From Balanoglossus misakiensis (taxonomy: Eukaryota; Animalia; Hemichordata): 64,000 nt of DNA. The position numbers and the translations under genes are program-made. Below, piece after piece: positions 25,867-38,005 of the stretch (within the stretch, counting starts at the first letter, position 1; each line of letters begins with the position of its first letter). Under the pieces are notes generated by a model, which made no database searches, was not told the origin of the DNA, and saw only the letters and a program-made list of their open reading frames with translations. Location of the stretch: positions 15,423,028 through 15,487,027 of the forward strand of contig CM082576.2 of assembly GCA_040954595.2 (NCBI GenBank), given 5' to 3'.

Positions 25867-28800
25867 AGTCACCGGCATGCGTGCCAAAAATAGGTATGAA
25901 ATACTTGCAATGGGTGCTATCAAATATGAAAATACTGGCGCCGACCTGAGTGTTGGTTGAACAAGGTAAGGGTACGTGTATATCCATAACTCGCCTTATG
26001 TAAGGAGCGTCATTTTCTTGGCGGCAGTACACACTTGCTCAGAACTCATATACGTGTTAATACCTGCCTAAAGTTAAATTAATATCGATATGACCAAAAA
26101 TATCGTCCGGCTATTTTCTGTCTCATTGCTGTAACTTGCCAAAGTGGCAAACGAAAAAACACGTATCGTGTATGATTTGTCGAAGGTTGGGGTTTTGAGT
26201 TAATCTAGAATAACAGAAAATATATATATGTAGTAATGGTTAAATTGTTTAACGGAGGTAGGCATTACCGGGAACACTGTCATGAGAATAGTTCTGATTG
26301 TTTTTTATGTGCAACGTAACCATAACGTGGGAGAAAAATCCCAGGTAACATAACAAAAGTGCCAGAGGCCATATTGTATATCAGAGAACAGATCACGGTG
26401 AAGAGAAGATGAATGTAGCCTCGTCGTACAACGAGGGGGAAACCCATTCAGCACATCTTCAGACAATAATTAAATCAGAAGGTTGTCATATATTTAAGTA
26501 GAAAGGTTATGAAGATTTATAGTGGTGAGAAGAGGTTACACGCCATCATAATGATTTGCTCAGGCTGGTTGTTTCGGTTGACAACATTTAACTCTTTGAT
26601 TTTTCTGGTCAGCCTCTTCACGAGAATTCAGGGCAGTTGCCGGGCAAAAAAGCTTCCTTATTGAGGTAGATGTCTTGGTGACGTGGCCGGTGATCCACAC
26701 TCGACGTGAGAGATTGTTCCGTTCGAGATCCGGGCAATTCATGATAAAGTGCTTTGGTTTTAAAGGATGACGATCGTCTTAAGCTCATGTGCCAAACCAG
26801 AGCCTCTGAATACAATAATTGTATACTGTCAATACCATGCATAAGGCAGTGTGCTGTCCTAACAACGTACAAGATGGCGGCGACCATAGTCTGTGTCGGA
26901 GATCGAGAAAAGACAGCAAATTGAGTGCAAAGAAGGGACAAAACTGAAGTCTACATATATCGTGCGCATGAAATAGGGAAGGAAACGAAAGCAGTCCACA
27001 ACAACATCAACAGCAGTAGCATTGGAACGGAACTGGTTGATTCAGTGATATTTCCCACGATTTATGTTTGTTGGGTCGTTAGCTAAACAATTCACCTCGC
27101 TCAGACTTTTAACAGGGCTTGCATACATAGTTACTTTACCGGGCCTCGGTGTACCCGTAAAGGACATGGGAATTCAGGCAGCAATGTTTAATTATTGCAC
27201 CACGGACACAGGAATAATTGTCTGTAACTGTGTGAACTTGCTTGCTTGCATTCTGTGTCAATGTAATAAATCTTGTGTCACAAAGAACGCTTGAAATGGC
27301 CTTAGATCACGTTTAAGTTTTTTTGCTTAATATTGATTAAAGAGATTAAAATTTAACGATGATAGGTTCGCAATTTAATTACCTTTAAATGTCTGACATT
27401 CCTCTGTATTACACGTTAGTGCCATGTCTTCTTCTGGGGAAATAAAATTTGCACTGACGGCATTCAGATACCTTCCTCAGTGATTTCCCAACAGGCCTTG
27501 CTCAAAAACTCATGTGGAGATGCAATTATAGCTAATTACTGACGACTGTGACAGTAAAAGTTTGATTAGGGCTATGCCCAAGAGTAATTACCTGTGATCA
27601 AACCGGTAATTATGAAAATGTGCATGTTATTATGAACAAGCCATTCCGCATTGCTGGCTGTAATATCGTTAATCTAGTAGTGATTCGACATACATTGTAA
27701 CAGTATTAAAACAGTTGCAATCATATGGTCTGTGGCGCATAAGATCCAATCATCATCACTGGAATATTTTGACTGATGAAATGGAATATTTGTCAATATA
27801 GGTTACACTCTTCCAAATACACTGACCCAAAGGATTTGCGTGGTTTATCATTTATGCTTGGTTACCCGTGTGACGGAAAGCCTCCTTGCGTAAGCGTATA
27901 ATGTGTGTATTACACCGTGTCGCAGATGCGCCATGTTCACCGTGTACCGGAAGTGCGGTATTCGAAAATTTCGTTCCTGAACTAGCACTCTCTGTTTAGT
28001 GTTTCGACAACGACATATTAAAGACACGGAAACTACTGAAGTGTCCATCCAAGAAATACTGTTTTACCAACGTTCACGGGTTGCCAGCAAGTGATATTAT
28101 ACCCTTCACTCAAATACTGCACTTCGGATCACCAGATTCGTAATAGAAGGGTTATACTCTTTCCATGACAACTACGCGTGCTTAATCCCTTCGAGGACCC
28201 AGTAATAAAGGGGCAAATCATCAGAGATAAGAAGCGCCACACAGACAATTACTGTGAAAATGTAATTATTTGATGTATAGCACGCTGTTGAGATAGGCGC
28301 AATCATGTTTTTACCTAACAGTGTGACATATAGGTCCAGAGAAAATTAAAAGAAAGATTCAATAAAACTGCAAAATCTCATGATGCGATAAACTTAAATC
28401 TCCATTTCCTTCTTATAAAACAACAATGCAAAGGAACATGCATGCTGAAATTGCAGATAAGGTCTCAAGATAAAATCAGTAGTTACTAGGTATAAAGCCC
28501 TTTATACAAGATGGATGCGATGAAGACACGATGTCGCAATGGACAAGAATGATGCACTTCGAGTGTGTTCAGTAGGGCCAAGGGGTCAAGCAGTGTCTTG
28601 CACACACAATTGAAATCCTCCTGCGTATTCCAATGAGAGTAAAACACCTCCAAATAGATTCTCCAGGTGCTCCGGGTACTTATACGAGGAACTGATGCGT
28701 GCACCCTCTCTGCCGCGAGAACTGCACTCGTGAAACATACATGCTCAAGAGCTGAAATATTAATTGCAGTTCAGTACTAGTCATCCTCATACCCAACCAA

Positions 28801-28889
28801 GTTACCTTTATAACAGTGATAATATAGAATGAAGTGGTCAAGTAGCACCAACTCTTGGACACAATGTTCTTCACTACAAACTAATTTTA

Positions 28890-28935
28890 TTTTCCGACGT
28901 TTCGTGGGCTTAATCCCGCTTCATCAGGGTAAAAA
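28890..28935 (-). ncRNA. Minimal type-I hammerhead ribozyme motif of the Penelope-like-element kind (stem II degenerate)
   Basis: Minus strand reads ttttacc-CTGATGA-agcgggattaagcccac-GAAA-cgtc-ggaaaa and runs directly into AATAAA. Confidence 0.6.
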
Positions 28936-30812
28936 AGAAACAAACTAGACATAGCGTAAAAGTACCAAATAAATGGTATAAAATAAGAGGTTTAAACTAA
29001 AATACGCAAAGGTGAATAGGAGACAAAGGAACACTGTACTCACTTGCAGGGCGCCAAAGTGGAACTGATAGAGAATTTGAATGTATGGTTGGTGTTACGT
29101 AAGACTGACAAGTGTAGATGATTTACATAAAATGCGGGAAAATATGATAGTGATTACATTAACACTTGCACCGATATGGCCCTGTCGTCGATCACAATAA
29201 TATAACACGTCATTCTAAGGAATATACACTGACACACCGTTACGAACCCTATGAACAAGAAGGCAGGGCTTAATTACAATTATGATATTATGTTAGAAAT
29301 AAAATATCTCTTAGAGGTTTAACTTTATAGCTGTCACAATTTACAGTCAATCATCAGAATTATGCCTGATTCATTTTAGAGACATTTATGAAAATTAAAA
29401 AAAGTATTTAGTCACGTATAAAGCTTGGCGACAAGTGGGGCTATTTGTATATGTATCAGAGAGATGTTTATCTCTGTGGTTGTGGTTCTTTGAGCAGATG
29501 GCTATATATGCCGGTGCATTTAACAATAATTGTTTTTTTTTTCTTTTCCCAAATGATTAAATGGTCATTCTAACGAGGGACTAGAATGCATGACTAATAC
29601 TTTGTCAGACTATTGGGTATTAGCCATCCCAATTTAAATACATAACTTCGTAAATATATGCATTATATCTTATGGTGCTAACGAATAAATCTAGATGTAT
29701 TCTCTAGATGTATGCATAATTCTAGATGTATTCTCCAGCTTGTATTTGTCTTTGTATCCCCATCCCCACAGGCTTATGCAAGAAAAATAAATTACCGTGA
29801 TAAATTTTGCCCCATGGTCACGTTAATTATGTTCGGGAAAAGATTTTTTAAACTCACAGTCATAGGGTTAGTGCAATCGATGCATAACCGTTGACACTAT
29901 TCTATATTGATAAAACCAGCTCCGGAAGTAATCCTACATGAATGCCCCCAGGAAGAAATATATTTCATATTTAAGAGTATTTTTCATAATTAATTATTTT
30001 CCCATGGACAATATCGCAATAATTACCGAACGAAATTTGATTTCCCTATGGTTATACCTATTGACCAAATAACTACACAGGCGTGTTCATATATTACTCA
30101 GAATGCAGGACATTTCACAATGCTCGCATTGTTATCGTTGGCTAAAACCAATTAATGAGCATCCATACCTTCACTAACACAGGTGGAGGTATGTAATTTA
30201 ACCCGCAGTAGGCCTAGGATATTTTAGTTCACAACAATGCTGTCAGAGGTAAAAAATAAACACAATTTAAACTAAAGATTCACTGTAGTTAAAACGGGCC
30301 CCTACAATTATACCGAGTGCATGATGAAACATGTACAGGCAATTTCATACACTGCATAGAAAGGTATCTTTCCATTTTAGCCTGGGTAACTAATGTTCTC
30401 TCATTTGTGTTGGTCAGTCTATAAATACCCGCGACCTTGAAGATCCTTTGTATGATGTCGTATATTAATACCAGTAAATGAACACCGAGCACTGGAAAAT
30501 GTTTGGGATAAGTCCAATACTTGATTTTACCTATTAACATTTTGCGTGCGACGCCCTTTGCAACGATAAATGGTTTTAAACTGATCGTTAACAGGGAAAG
30601 CAGACGCACAGGTAATTCAGGCATACATGTAGCACAATGCTCGAAGCAAATATGAAAAGCTCATAAGGAGAACATTTGGTGGGTGTTTTCAACTATAATA
30701 ATGTCACGGCAGAGAATCGAAAAGAACATATGTTACACATATAGGCCTAGATAAGACTCTAAAAGAATCAGTCGTTCGTGAAACATTATAAATATCACGG
30801 TGTTGTGCAATT

Positions 30813-30813
<1 letters not shown>

Positions 30814-30852
<39 letters not shown>

Positions 30853-33677
30853 CTTTTTATTGGGAACACAAACAGTCATTTTGATACATAAGTAGATTTT
30901 TTGAAAAAAAATGAAAAAAGAAAAAACAATACAATCTAGTATTCTCAGTTTGTTATATACCTCATTAGTGACGACCATTTTTTAAGATGAAAATACATTT
31001 TATGATTTGCAGTTGCAATCTTAAGTTCAATTTCATGTATGTTTTTGAGCTGACCAATAAACCCAGTGATATTCGGAATTCTATTATTCAATTTACAGTA
31101 GTAAATGTACATTCTAACTTGCATTGCTATAAAATTGACTATAAACGTCTCGTTTGGGTCACCCAAAACCATACATAACACTGATGGTGGTTTTTTCAAT
31201 TTTAGAGGGATACCCAACGTAAACAGTAGGTCCCTCCAGAGAGCAGTAGTACAATTGCAACTATGGAATAAATGGTCGATGGACTCTGTTTCCACTTTAC
31301 ATAAATCACAAAGAGCAGTTGGAAATTTATGTGGATTGTACCTGTTTAGCTGTTTGTTTGTATACAAAATATTGTGAAGTAATTTAAATTGAAAAGCTCT
31401 AGCTTTACAATGTATTGATAACTTGTAAGTGAAGTCATACATTTTTTCCCAGTTTAGATTAAAAATATTCAACATTTTTTCCAGTGTTGCTTGACTTTTT
31501 GGAGTCTCTATAATACGGTCGTTCAAATTACATTTCAAACTCTTTTTCGTTAAAGTGTCTAAATTACAGATTGTGCCATTCAATGATATGCAAAGCTCAT
31601 GTGCACTATGTGCTTTGGCACGATTTTTTAACTTGTTTGGAACAGAAAGTGTCAATCCTAACCACTTTAATTTCTGATTTAAATTCAGGCCTTTCTGCTC
31701 AAATACAGACCATGATACTCTATTAAAACCTGTAAACATGTCAGAGATGAAATTAAAGCCAGCGTCAGAAAAAGCCTTATAAAAAACCGACTTTCCTCCA
31801 ACAAGGACATTTCTGTTGTTCCAAATCACCTGGTCTGTAGTATTTGGAATAATGTTGATTTCTGACCATGTGACAAGACAATTATTTATAAAACTGGAAA
31901 CTTGCACAGGCAAAAGATTGGTTCGGAAGTTACATTTAAAAAGTAATTTTCCACCGACTTTCTCTAAACTGTGTAAGACAAAGTGTTTCCAAGGGTGTTT
32001 ACATTCCCCATTCAACAAGCGTTTAATCAGTAAAACTTGCTTTGTTTTTATCATCACATCTAAATTGGGCATTTTTAAGCCTCCTTGGCCCACCTCCCCT
32101 ATCATTACATTCCTGCGAACCCGGTCTTGTCCATTCCAGAGAAAATTATAAATTAACTTATGAACCCGACCTATTACTTCATTAGGAAAAATTACATGTG
32201 TAAGCACATATGTTAATTTGGAAATTGCCAATGACTTAATAACTTGAACTTTCCCAATGATGGTCAAATTCCTAGTTTTCCACATATTGAGGACCTTTTT
32301 TAGATTTTCGACTGGGGTAACAATATTTTTTTCCTGGGCAATTTTTTCATTATACGAAAAATGAATCCCCACAATCTTGATAGTAGGGGTGGGCCACTTT
32401 ACCCCGAACGCCTCATCTTTTCGAAGTCTCCATTTCCCAAGCCAAACAGCTTCTGTCTTATCTTTGTTGACTTTCAAACCAGAAGCATTATAAAAGGAAG
32501 TTAACATTTCAAAAACAATTCTTACAGAGTTTTCATTTGATAAAAAACAGGTCATATCGTCGGCGAACGCCGACTCCTTAATTTCAACACTGCCAATATT
32601 GATACCACTAATTTGTCGGTTATTTCTTATTGAATGCAAGAGTGTTTCTAAAACCAGAATAAATAACAAAGGTGACAAAGGGTCACCTTGGCGCACTCCC
32701 TTCTCAAGCTTAAAATAGCCAGTCCCAAACCCATTGTTCATTACAGTGCTTTCGATGTTAAAATATAAAGTTTTAACCCAGTTGATGAAGGACACTCCAA
32801 AATTAAAGGAAGACAACGTATTGTAGAGATAATCCCAACTCACAGTGTCAAAAGCTTTTTCAATATCTATGGCTAATAAAATTGCTGGAATATCAGCATT
32901 ACAGGTGTAATGAAAAATCTCATCAATCAAACGGATATAATCACCAATGTTTCTCCCCCGGACAAAGGCCGCTTGGGAGTCACCAATTAAGCAGGGCAAA
33001 ACTTTTTCAATACGTTTAACAAGGCATTTTGAAGCAAGCTTCATGTCAACATTCATAAGGGAGATTGGTCTCCAATTTTTCAGATAGAGTTGATCCTTCC
33101 CAGGTTTATCAATCAGAGTTATGACACTCTGTTTCTGTGAATTTGAAAATTCCCCCGTTCTGTAACCATAATTGAGAGAATTCAAAACTAAATTCCCCAC
33201 CTGTGGCCAAAACGCCACGTAAAATTCTTTTGTAAGGCCATCATTGCCGGGGCTTTTGTTGTCTGGAAGGGAGAGAAGAACCGAGAAAACTTCCCCAGGG
33301 GTCAAAGGACCCTCACACAAAACTTTATCATTCTCTGACAACATTGGTAAATTTGCATCCAGGAAATAATGCACATCGTTGGAGTTTGTGGCGCACCTTG
33401 AGTAAAGCTTGGCATAAAACTGCTTAATTTCACACAAAATATTCTTTGGGTTGTCTATAATTGTATCTTTCTTCAAATTGCTGATACTCGAGTTGCGTTT
33501 ATTTACCTTTTCCAAACTTAAAAAGAATTTGTTACATTTTTCACCTTTCTCGTACCAATTAATCCTGGATCTTACGACCGCTCCTTCTGTAATATAATCA
33601 TAAGCTTTCTCCAAATCACTTTTTGCTGACTCGAGCATCTCGTAATTTTGCACTGTAGGATGATTAGAAGGGTACAA
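30814..33677 (-). mobile_element. 5'-truncated L1/Tx1-clade LINE, young
   Basis: A36 tail (T-run 30814-30849), AATAAA at 30856-30861, TSD GTTGT(G/A)CAATTG at 30802-30813 and 33678-33689, uninterrupted RT ORF. Confidence 0.92.
30945..33677 (-). CDS. LINE ORF2 remnant: reverse transcriptase plus C-terminal CCHC finger, no endonuclease
   Basis: KSPGNDG, NWRPISLMNVDMK, DIEKAFDTV, GVRQGDPLSPLLF, FADD, CDLC...HLFHSC. The first ~21 aa of the tracked 931-aa ORF come from the TSD and flanking DNA. Confidence 0.9.
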   Translation of the reverse strand: MYPSNHPTVQNYEMLESAKSDLEKAYDYITEGAVVRSRINWYEKGEKCNKFFLSLEKVNKRNSSISNLKKDTIIDNPKNILCEIKQFYAKLYSRCATNSNDVHYFLDANLPMLSENDKVLCEGPLTPGEVFSVLLSLPDNKSPGNDGLTKEFYVAFWPQVGNLVLNSLNYGYRTGEFSNSQKQSVITLIDKPGKDQLYLKNWRPISLMNVDMKLASKCLVKRIEKVLPCLIGDSQAAFVRGRNIGDYIRLIDEIFHYTCNADIPAILLAIDIEKAFDTVSWDYLYNTLSSFNFGVSFINWVKTLYFNIESTVMNNGFGTGYFKLEKGVRQGDPLSPLLFILVLETLLHSIRNNRQISGINIGSVEIKESAFADDMTCFLSNENSVRIVFEMLTSFYNASGLKVNKDKTEAVWLGKWRLRKDEAFGVKWPTPTIKIVGIHFSYNEKIAQEKNIVTPVENLKKVLNMWKTRNLTIIGKVQVIKSLAISKLTYVLTHVIFPNEVIGRVHKLIYNFLWNGQDRVRRNVMIGEVGQGGLKMPNLDVMIKTKQVLLIKRLLNGECKHPWKHFVLHSLEKVGGKLLFKCNFRTNLLPVQVSSFINNCLVTWSEINIIPNTTDQVIWNNRNVLVGGKSVFYKAFSDAGFNFISDMFTGFNRVSWSVFEQKGLNLNQKLKWLGLTLSVPNKLKNRAKAHSAHELCISLNGTICNLDTLTKKSLKCNLNDRIIETPKSQATLEKMLNIFNLNWEKMYDFTYKLSIHCKARAFQFKLLHNILYTNKQLNRYNPHKFPTALCDLCKVETESIDHLFHSCNCTTALWRDLLFTLGIPLKLKKPPSVLCMVLGDPNETFIVNFIAMQVRMYIYYCKLNNRIPNITGFIGQLKNIHEIELKIATANHKMYFHLKKWSSLMRYITN

Positions 33678-33936
33678 GTTGTACAATTGTTTCCAAGTAT
33701 ATTCGCACACAGTTGGGTCGGCGAGTTGATATAAGCTCACAATGTGAATTTTCTATAGCGTATTCTCTCCTGCCTGCATAGCTGCACTGCAAATTCTTCT
33801 GGCTTTCCTGCAAGCTAAATTCAAGCCAAATTCAAACCGGCTTGTTTGTCGCAAATTGGCTTCTTTCATTTCTTCAAATTTGGCTTGATTTTGGCTTGAA
33901 TTTAGCTTGCTGAGTTGCCGTTTTATATAACTTACC

Positions 33937-34435
33937 GGCTTGCTGATAGACCACAGCAAATTTAATGAGTGGTGTGTAGGCCAACCATAGTAATGAAATA
34001 TGGCTTGCTGGCCTGCCATTCTATTCAGCAAATGAGCTTGAAGACACACCGATTCATTATCCAGTGGTTTGTCAACAAACCATCACAAATCTAAGGGGTT
34101 TGTATATAAACCAATGAATATATTATGATGGCTTGCATGTAAGCCACTTTCTAAAACAATGGCTTGCCAACAAACCGTCGAATAATACAAGGGGGTTGTA
34201 CGTAAACCCTTAAAATTTACATTGGCTTGTCTGAAAGCCAACTTCTACTTAAAACTGGTGTGCTAGCAAACCAAACATGAATCACTTCAGTTTGCCAGCA
34301 AACCAAAAATTAGCATTTCCTGGTTTGCTGACAAACTGAGAATGCTTGAGCAGTGGTTTAAAAATCAGCCACTCTGCTTGGGCTTTGGCATGTATACAAA
34401 CCATTCTTACACAGAATGCAGTTTGTAAGCAAGCC
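33937..34435. repeat. Left subterminal array: 16 imperfect 16-bp palindromes at ~32-bp period
   Basis: Consensus GG(C/T)TTG-N4-(C/T)AA(A/G)CC starting at 33937, 33971, 34002, 34035, 34066, 34097, 34130, 34161, 34193, 34224, 34257, 34289, 34322, 34355, 34387 and 34420. Confidence 0.85.
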
Positions 34436-35440
34436 AAACATTTGAATTGCATGTTTTGCTTCTGTTTACCTAAAAGCTATAGTTATAAATTTGGGCCATT
34501 TTTAGCATTTTTGCTCTTTCAAGTGACTGCAGTTTCTTGTTCAACTCACCAAAGCATGATGCAATGCCATTTACTAGATTCTATACACTGCCATAAATGT
34601 ACAATCAGCAATTGTCAAAAAACATAATTTTAGTCCAGACCTGAACTCATTTGCAAAGGCCAAAGTTGAGATCCCGAACCTGGGCAGTTAATCATGCTTT
34701 AAGGAGTAGAACAGAAATAAGGAGTCGATACACTGAACAAAAATACATAAAAAATAGCCCAAAGTTAGTTACTATGCCCTTAAATAACTTGGTCTTGAAG
34801 CATAACATGTGTCATAATGTGCAGCATCTTAGTACTCCACAGTCAATGGTATGTTAACCTGTCAAAAAAGCACACCGAGAAAGATCTTTTTTGGTCAATC
34901 ATTATTATTGTAATGACAATGTAAGAAAAAAGGAACAACGGTAAATACATGGTATTATGTAAATCAAATGAATTAACCCCATAAATGATAGAAAATATAT
35001 ACAATAAAACTTTTATCTCATTTTCCGTTCAAGTGGTTAGGGAAAATCATTTCAATCCATCAAAAATGCCTCATTTTTTGAATCTACTGTTTGTCAAAAC
35101 TGACATGAATACAGATTTCAAAGTCACCATTAAGTGTGGAAAAGTACTTTTAAATCCTCCTTTATATGCATTTGAGTATTGGAGTCATGGCAGTAGCCTT
35201 GAGAATCTTCTTCCTTACTATGAAACTTCGTCTTCTTTCAATGGGAAACACTCTCAAATAGTGAAAAACAAAAAGAGAAAACAATCTTGTTAGAAATTAA
35301 CATGAGTGTATATTAGAAACAATTTCCAGCATGAAAACAACACATAACACATATGTACACAAGAAAATATGACAATGACTCGTATGAGACATACTCAACA
35401 AAAGAAGATAGTGTCTCTCTATTTATCAATGGGGAATGAC

Positions 35441-36000
35441 CATGAGACTGACACACATACCACAAAACACTACGATATGGTGCCATCCTAATGTTATAGG
35501 CAGCAACCATATAAAACATGAGACTGACCGATACAACACTACGATATGGTGCCATCCTACTGTTATAGGCAGCAACCATATGAGAACATGAGACTGACCG
35601 ATACAACACTACGATATGGTGCCATCCTACTGTTATAGGCAGCAACCATATGAGAACATGAGACTGACCGATACAACACTACGATATGGTGCCATCCTAC
35701 TGTTATACGCAGCAACCATATGAGAACATGAGACTGACCGATACAACACTACGATATGGTGTCATCCTACTGTTATAGGCAGCAACCATATGAGAACATG
35801 AGACTGACCGATACAACACTACGATATGGTGCCATCCTACTGTTATAGGCAGCAACCATATGAGAACATGAGACTGACCGATACAACACTACGATATGGT
35901 GCCATCCTACTGTTATAGGCAGCAACCATATGAGAACATGAGACTGATCGATACAACACTACAATATGGTGCCATCCTAATGTTATAGGCAGCAACCATG
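35441..36000. repeat. 70-bp minisatellite, ~8 copies, inside the CACTA element
   Basis: Unit CATGAGACTGACCGATACAACACTACG...CATATGAGAA starts at 35441, 35517, 35587, 35657, 35727, 35797, 35867 and 35937. Confidence 0.95.
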
Positions 36001-36719
36001 AAACACAAACATAACCATGAGATACACAGCATGTAACAAACAAGATGAAATTGATTCAATGAGCAATGCATGAAATTTCGCACCTAGAGTTTAGTGAATT
36101 GTTTCCTTTGACTATAACTGAATACATGTTACATTCATGATAGCTGGACTATATTAATAAATACAGATAGGCATGTTCCTTTAAAATTAGTTTTTAGGCA
36201 TAAATAGTAAAATCTCTTCCCAAATGCAATACTGAAATTATAACCACATGGTTGGTATTTTATAATGAAGTCCCTACAAACTAAACTGTAAAGAAAACAG
36301 ATGACTAGATGACAAAAATGGATATTAAAAAAATAACAAAATCTACTTAATTATACATACCGTGTATGCTTCAACATAAATGCTACTTGTTGACTTTTTC
36401 ATATTTTTGTGGTGCCTAATAAAATAACAACTGCTCCTTCCCATAACCAGTATCACCACTCCTGCAAAACCAAGATCATTTATTTCATTCTTATGCAAAT
36501 ATCTGGGGTTCAATTAAAGTAGGAATCATTATTGTTACAAATCGCAGGCATGCAGGGGTTAAATAATCCTGTGGTCCGAGATCATGGTTTATCAAAAAAA
36601 AATTATTCAGCCAATGATTTAAATATTATGGGTATCCATTGATATAGTATTGGAACACAAAACAACATTTTTATTGCGGTTACCCCCCCCCCCCCCCCAA
36701 TGTTGACTTCCACTGCCAC

Positions 36720-37260
36720 TAGCCCCACTCGAAGCTTCATATATTTGAAATATCTCTCGATCTACAAATGATCAATACAGTATAGATATTATTACATATT
36801 TTGAATTATCTTGACTAGTAAAAGTGCATAAACAAACATGAATGGGGATGTAGGCTGCCAATAGCAAGCATGGTGAAATTCCTAGGCTATAGCGCTATAG
36901 GGCCCCACTCCGGAGCTGCATTAAAAAAATTCTTTTGATTTGCTCAGACTTTTTTGTAACCATCCACACATGATCAATGCAGTATATAAAGGATTCAGGC
37001 CTTTTAATAGTGACATACTTTGCATCGTCTTCGCTCACAAAAAATGCATAAACAAAAATGAACGGGGATGGAGGCTGAAAATAGCAAGAATAATGAAATT
37101 CCTTTGGGGCCCCACTCCCTACTTTATCATTTTATGCTGTCAAACTTTTGACATTACTTCTTCTCACATGCTTTTCAGCTATCATCAACACATGATCAAG
37201 TCAGTATATACAGGATTCGGGCCTGTTAATTTTGTATTATCTTCACTGCTCGCAAAAATG
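36720..37260. repeat. Degenerate ~200-bp tandem repeat (2-3 units) inside the CACTA element
   Basis: GCCCCACTC recurs near 36722, 36902 and 37109; TGCATAAACAAA..ATGAA.GGGGATG recurs near 36825 and 37045. Confidence 0.6.
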
Positions 37261-37589
37261 TAGTTACTGTCACAAAATGGAATGGAAGCAGGACTTACCC
37301 CAACCGGCATTGTTCTATGTTACGGTCTCGTAGATGCTGGCGGTCAACTGCTAAGTCATTAGATGTCATCCTTCCATAACGATGCTCGGTGCCAAAGTAA
37401 TTATCCACGCATATGGTATTTCGGTTCTACCTTAGGAACAGGTTGAGTGCATTGTAAATCGCTGAACGAATTTTATAAAGGGAACGACGTGATTCGATCG
37501 GCTTCCTCACCCGTGGACCGTCTTCTCTCGCGTCAAAACGTTGTAGTTGTGTAATAAATAACCTTTGACCCTGCATTCGCGCGCCAAAT

Positions 37590-38005
37590 CAGGGTATTTC
37601 GCAAGACATTGTGCCCAGCGTGGCGTGTATATGAACCACATCCCGGCAAAGTTTTCCATGGCGTGTTTTCAAACCATACTTACATCTTTTTATGGTTTGA
37701 AAAGCGACCACTAACTCCAACGGCTTAAAATGCAGCCAAGGTTAAATATGGTACAAATTCGAGCCAGACATAAGTATCACTAAAGTTTGTGAGCAAACCA
37801 GAGATTTTGTTCAATGGCTTAATAATAAGCCATTCCAGACAGGTTGTCCAGCGGCGTATTTACAAACCATTTTTCTAACATTGACTGGCTTGCTGGCACA
37901 CACCAGAAAATTTAGCGGCTTGTGGAAATACCGAAGTTTCGGCAAGTATGACGAGGTGGCTTGTCAGCAAACCCGAATGGCTTGAGTACAAACCGGCTTG
38001 TTTTT
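37590..38005. repeat. Right subterminal palindrome array of the CACTA element (~12 units)
   Basis: Same motif as the left array, e.g. GGCGTGTTTTCAAACC, AGTTTGTGAGCAAACC, GGCTTAATAATAAGCC, GGCTTGTCAGCAAACC, GGCTTGAGTACAAACC. Confidence 0.75.

Noticed and set aside
26560-26941. GC-richer stretch with short ORFs and a CAAGATGGCGG motif
   Set aside because: No recognisable protein or element boundaries.
33937-34435. CRISPR array (palindromic repeats with unique spacers)
   Set aside because: Eukaryotic context, degenerate 16-bp repeats, ~16-bp spacers, no cas genes, and a mirrored array at the other end of a CACTA element.
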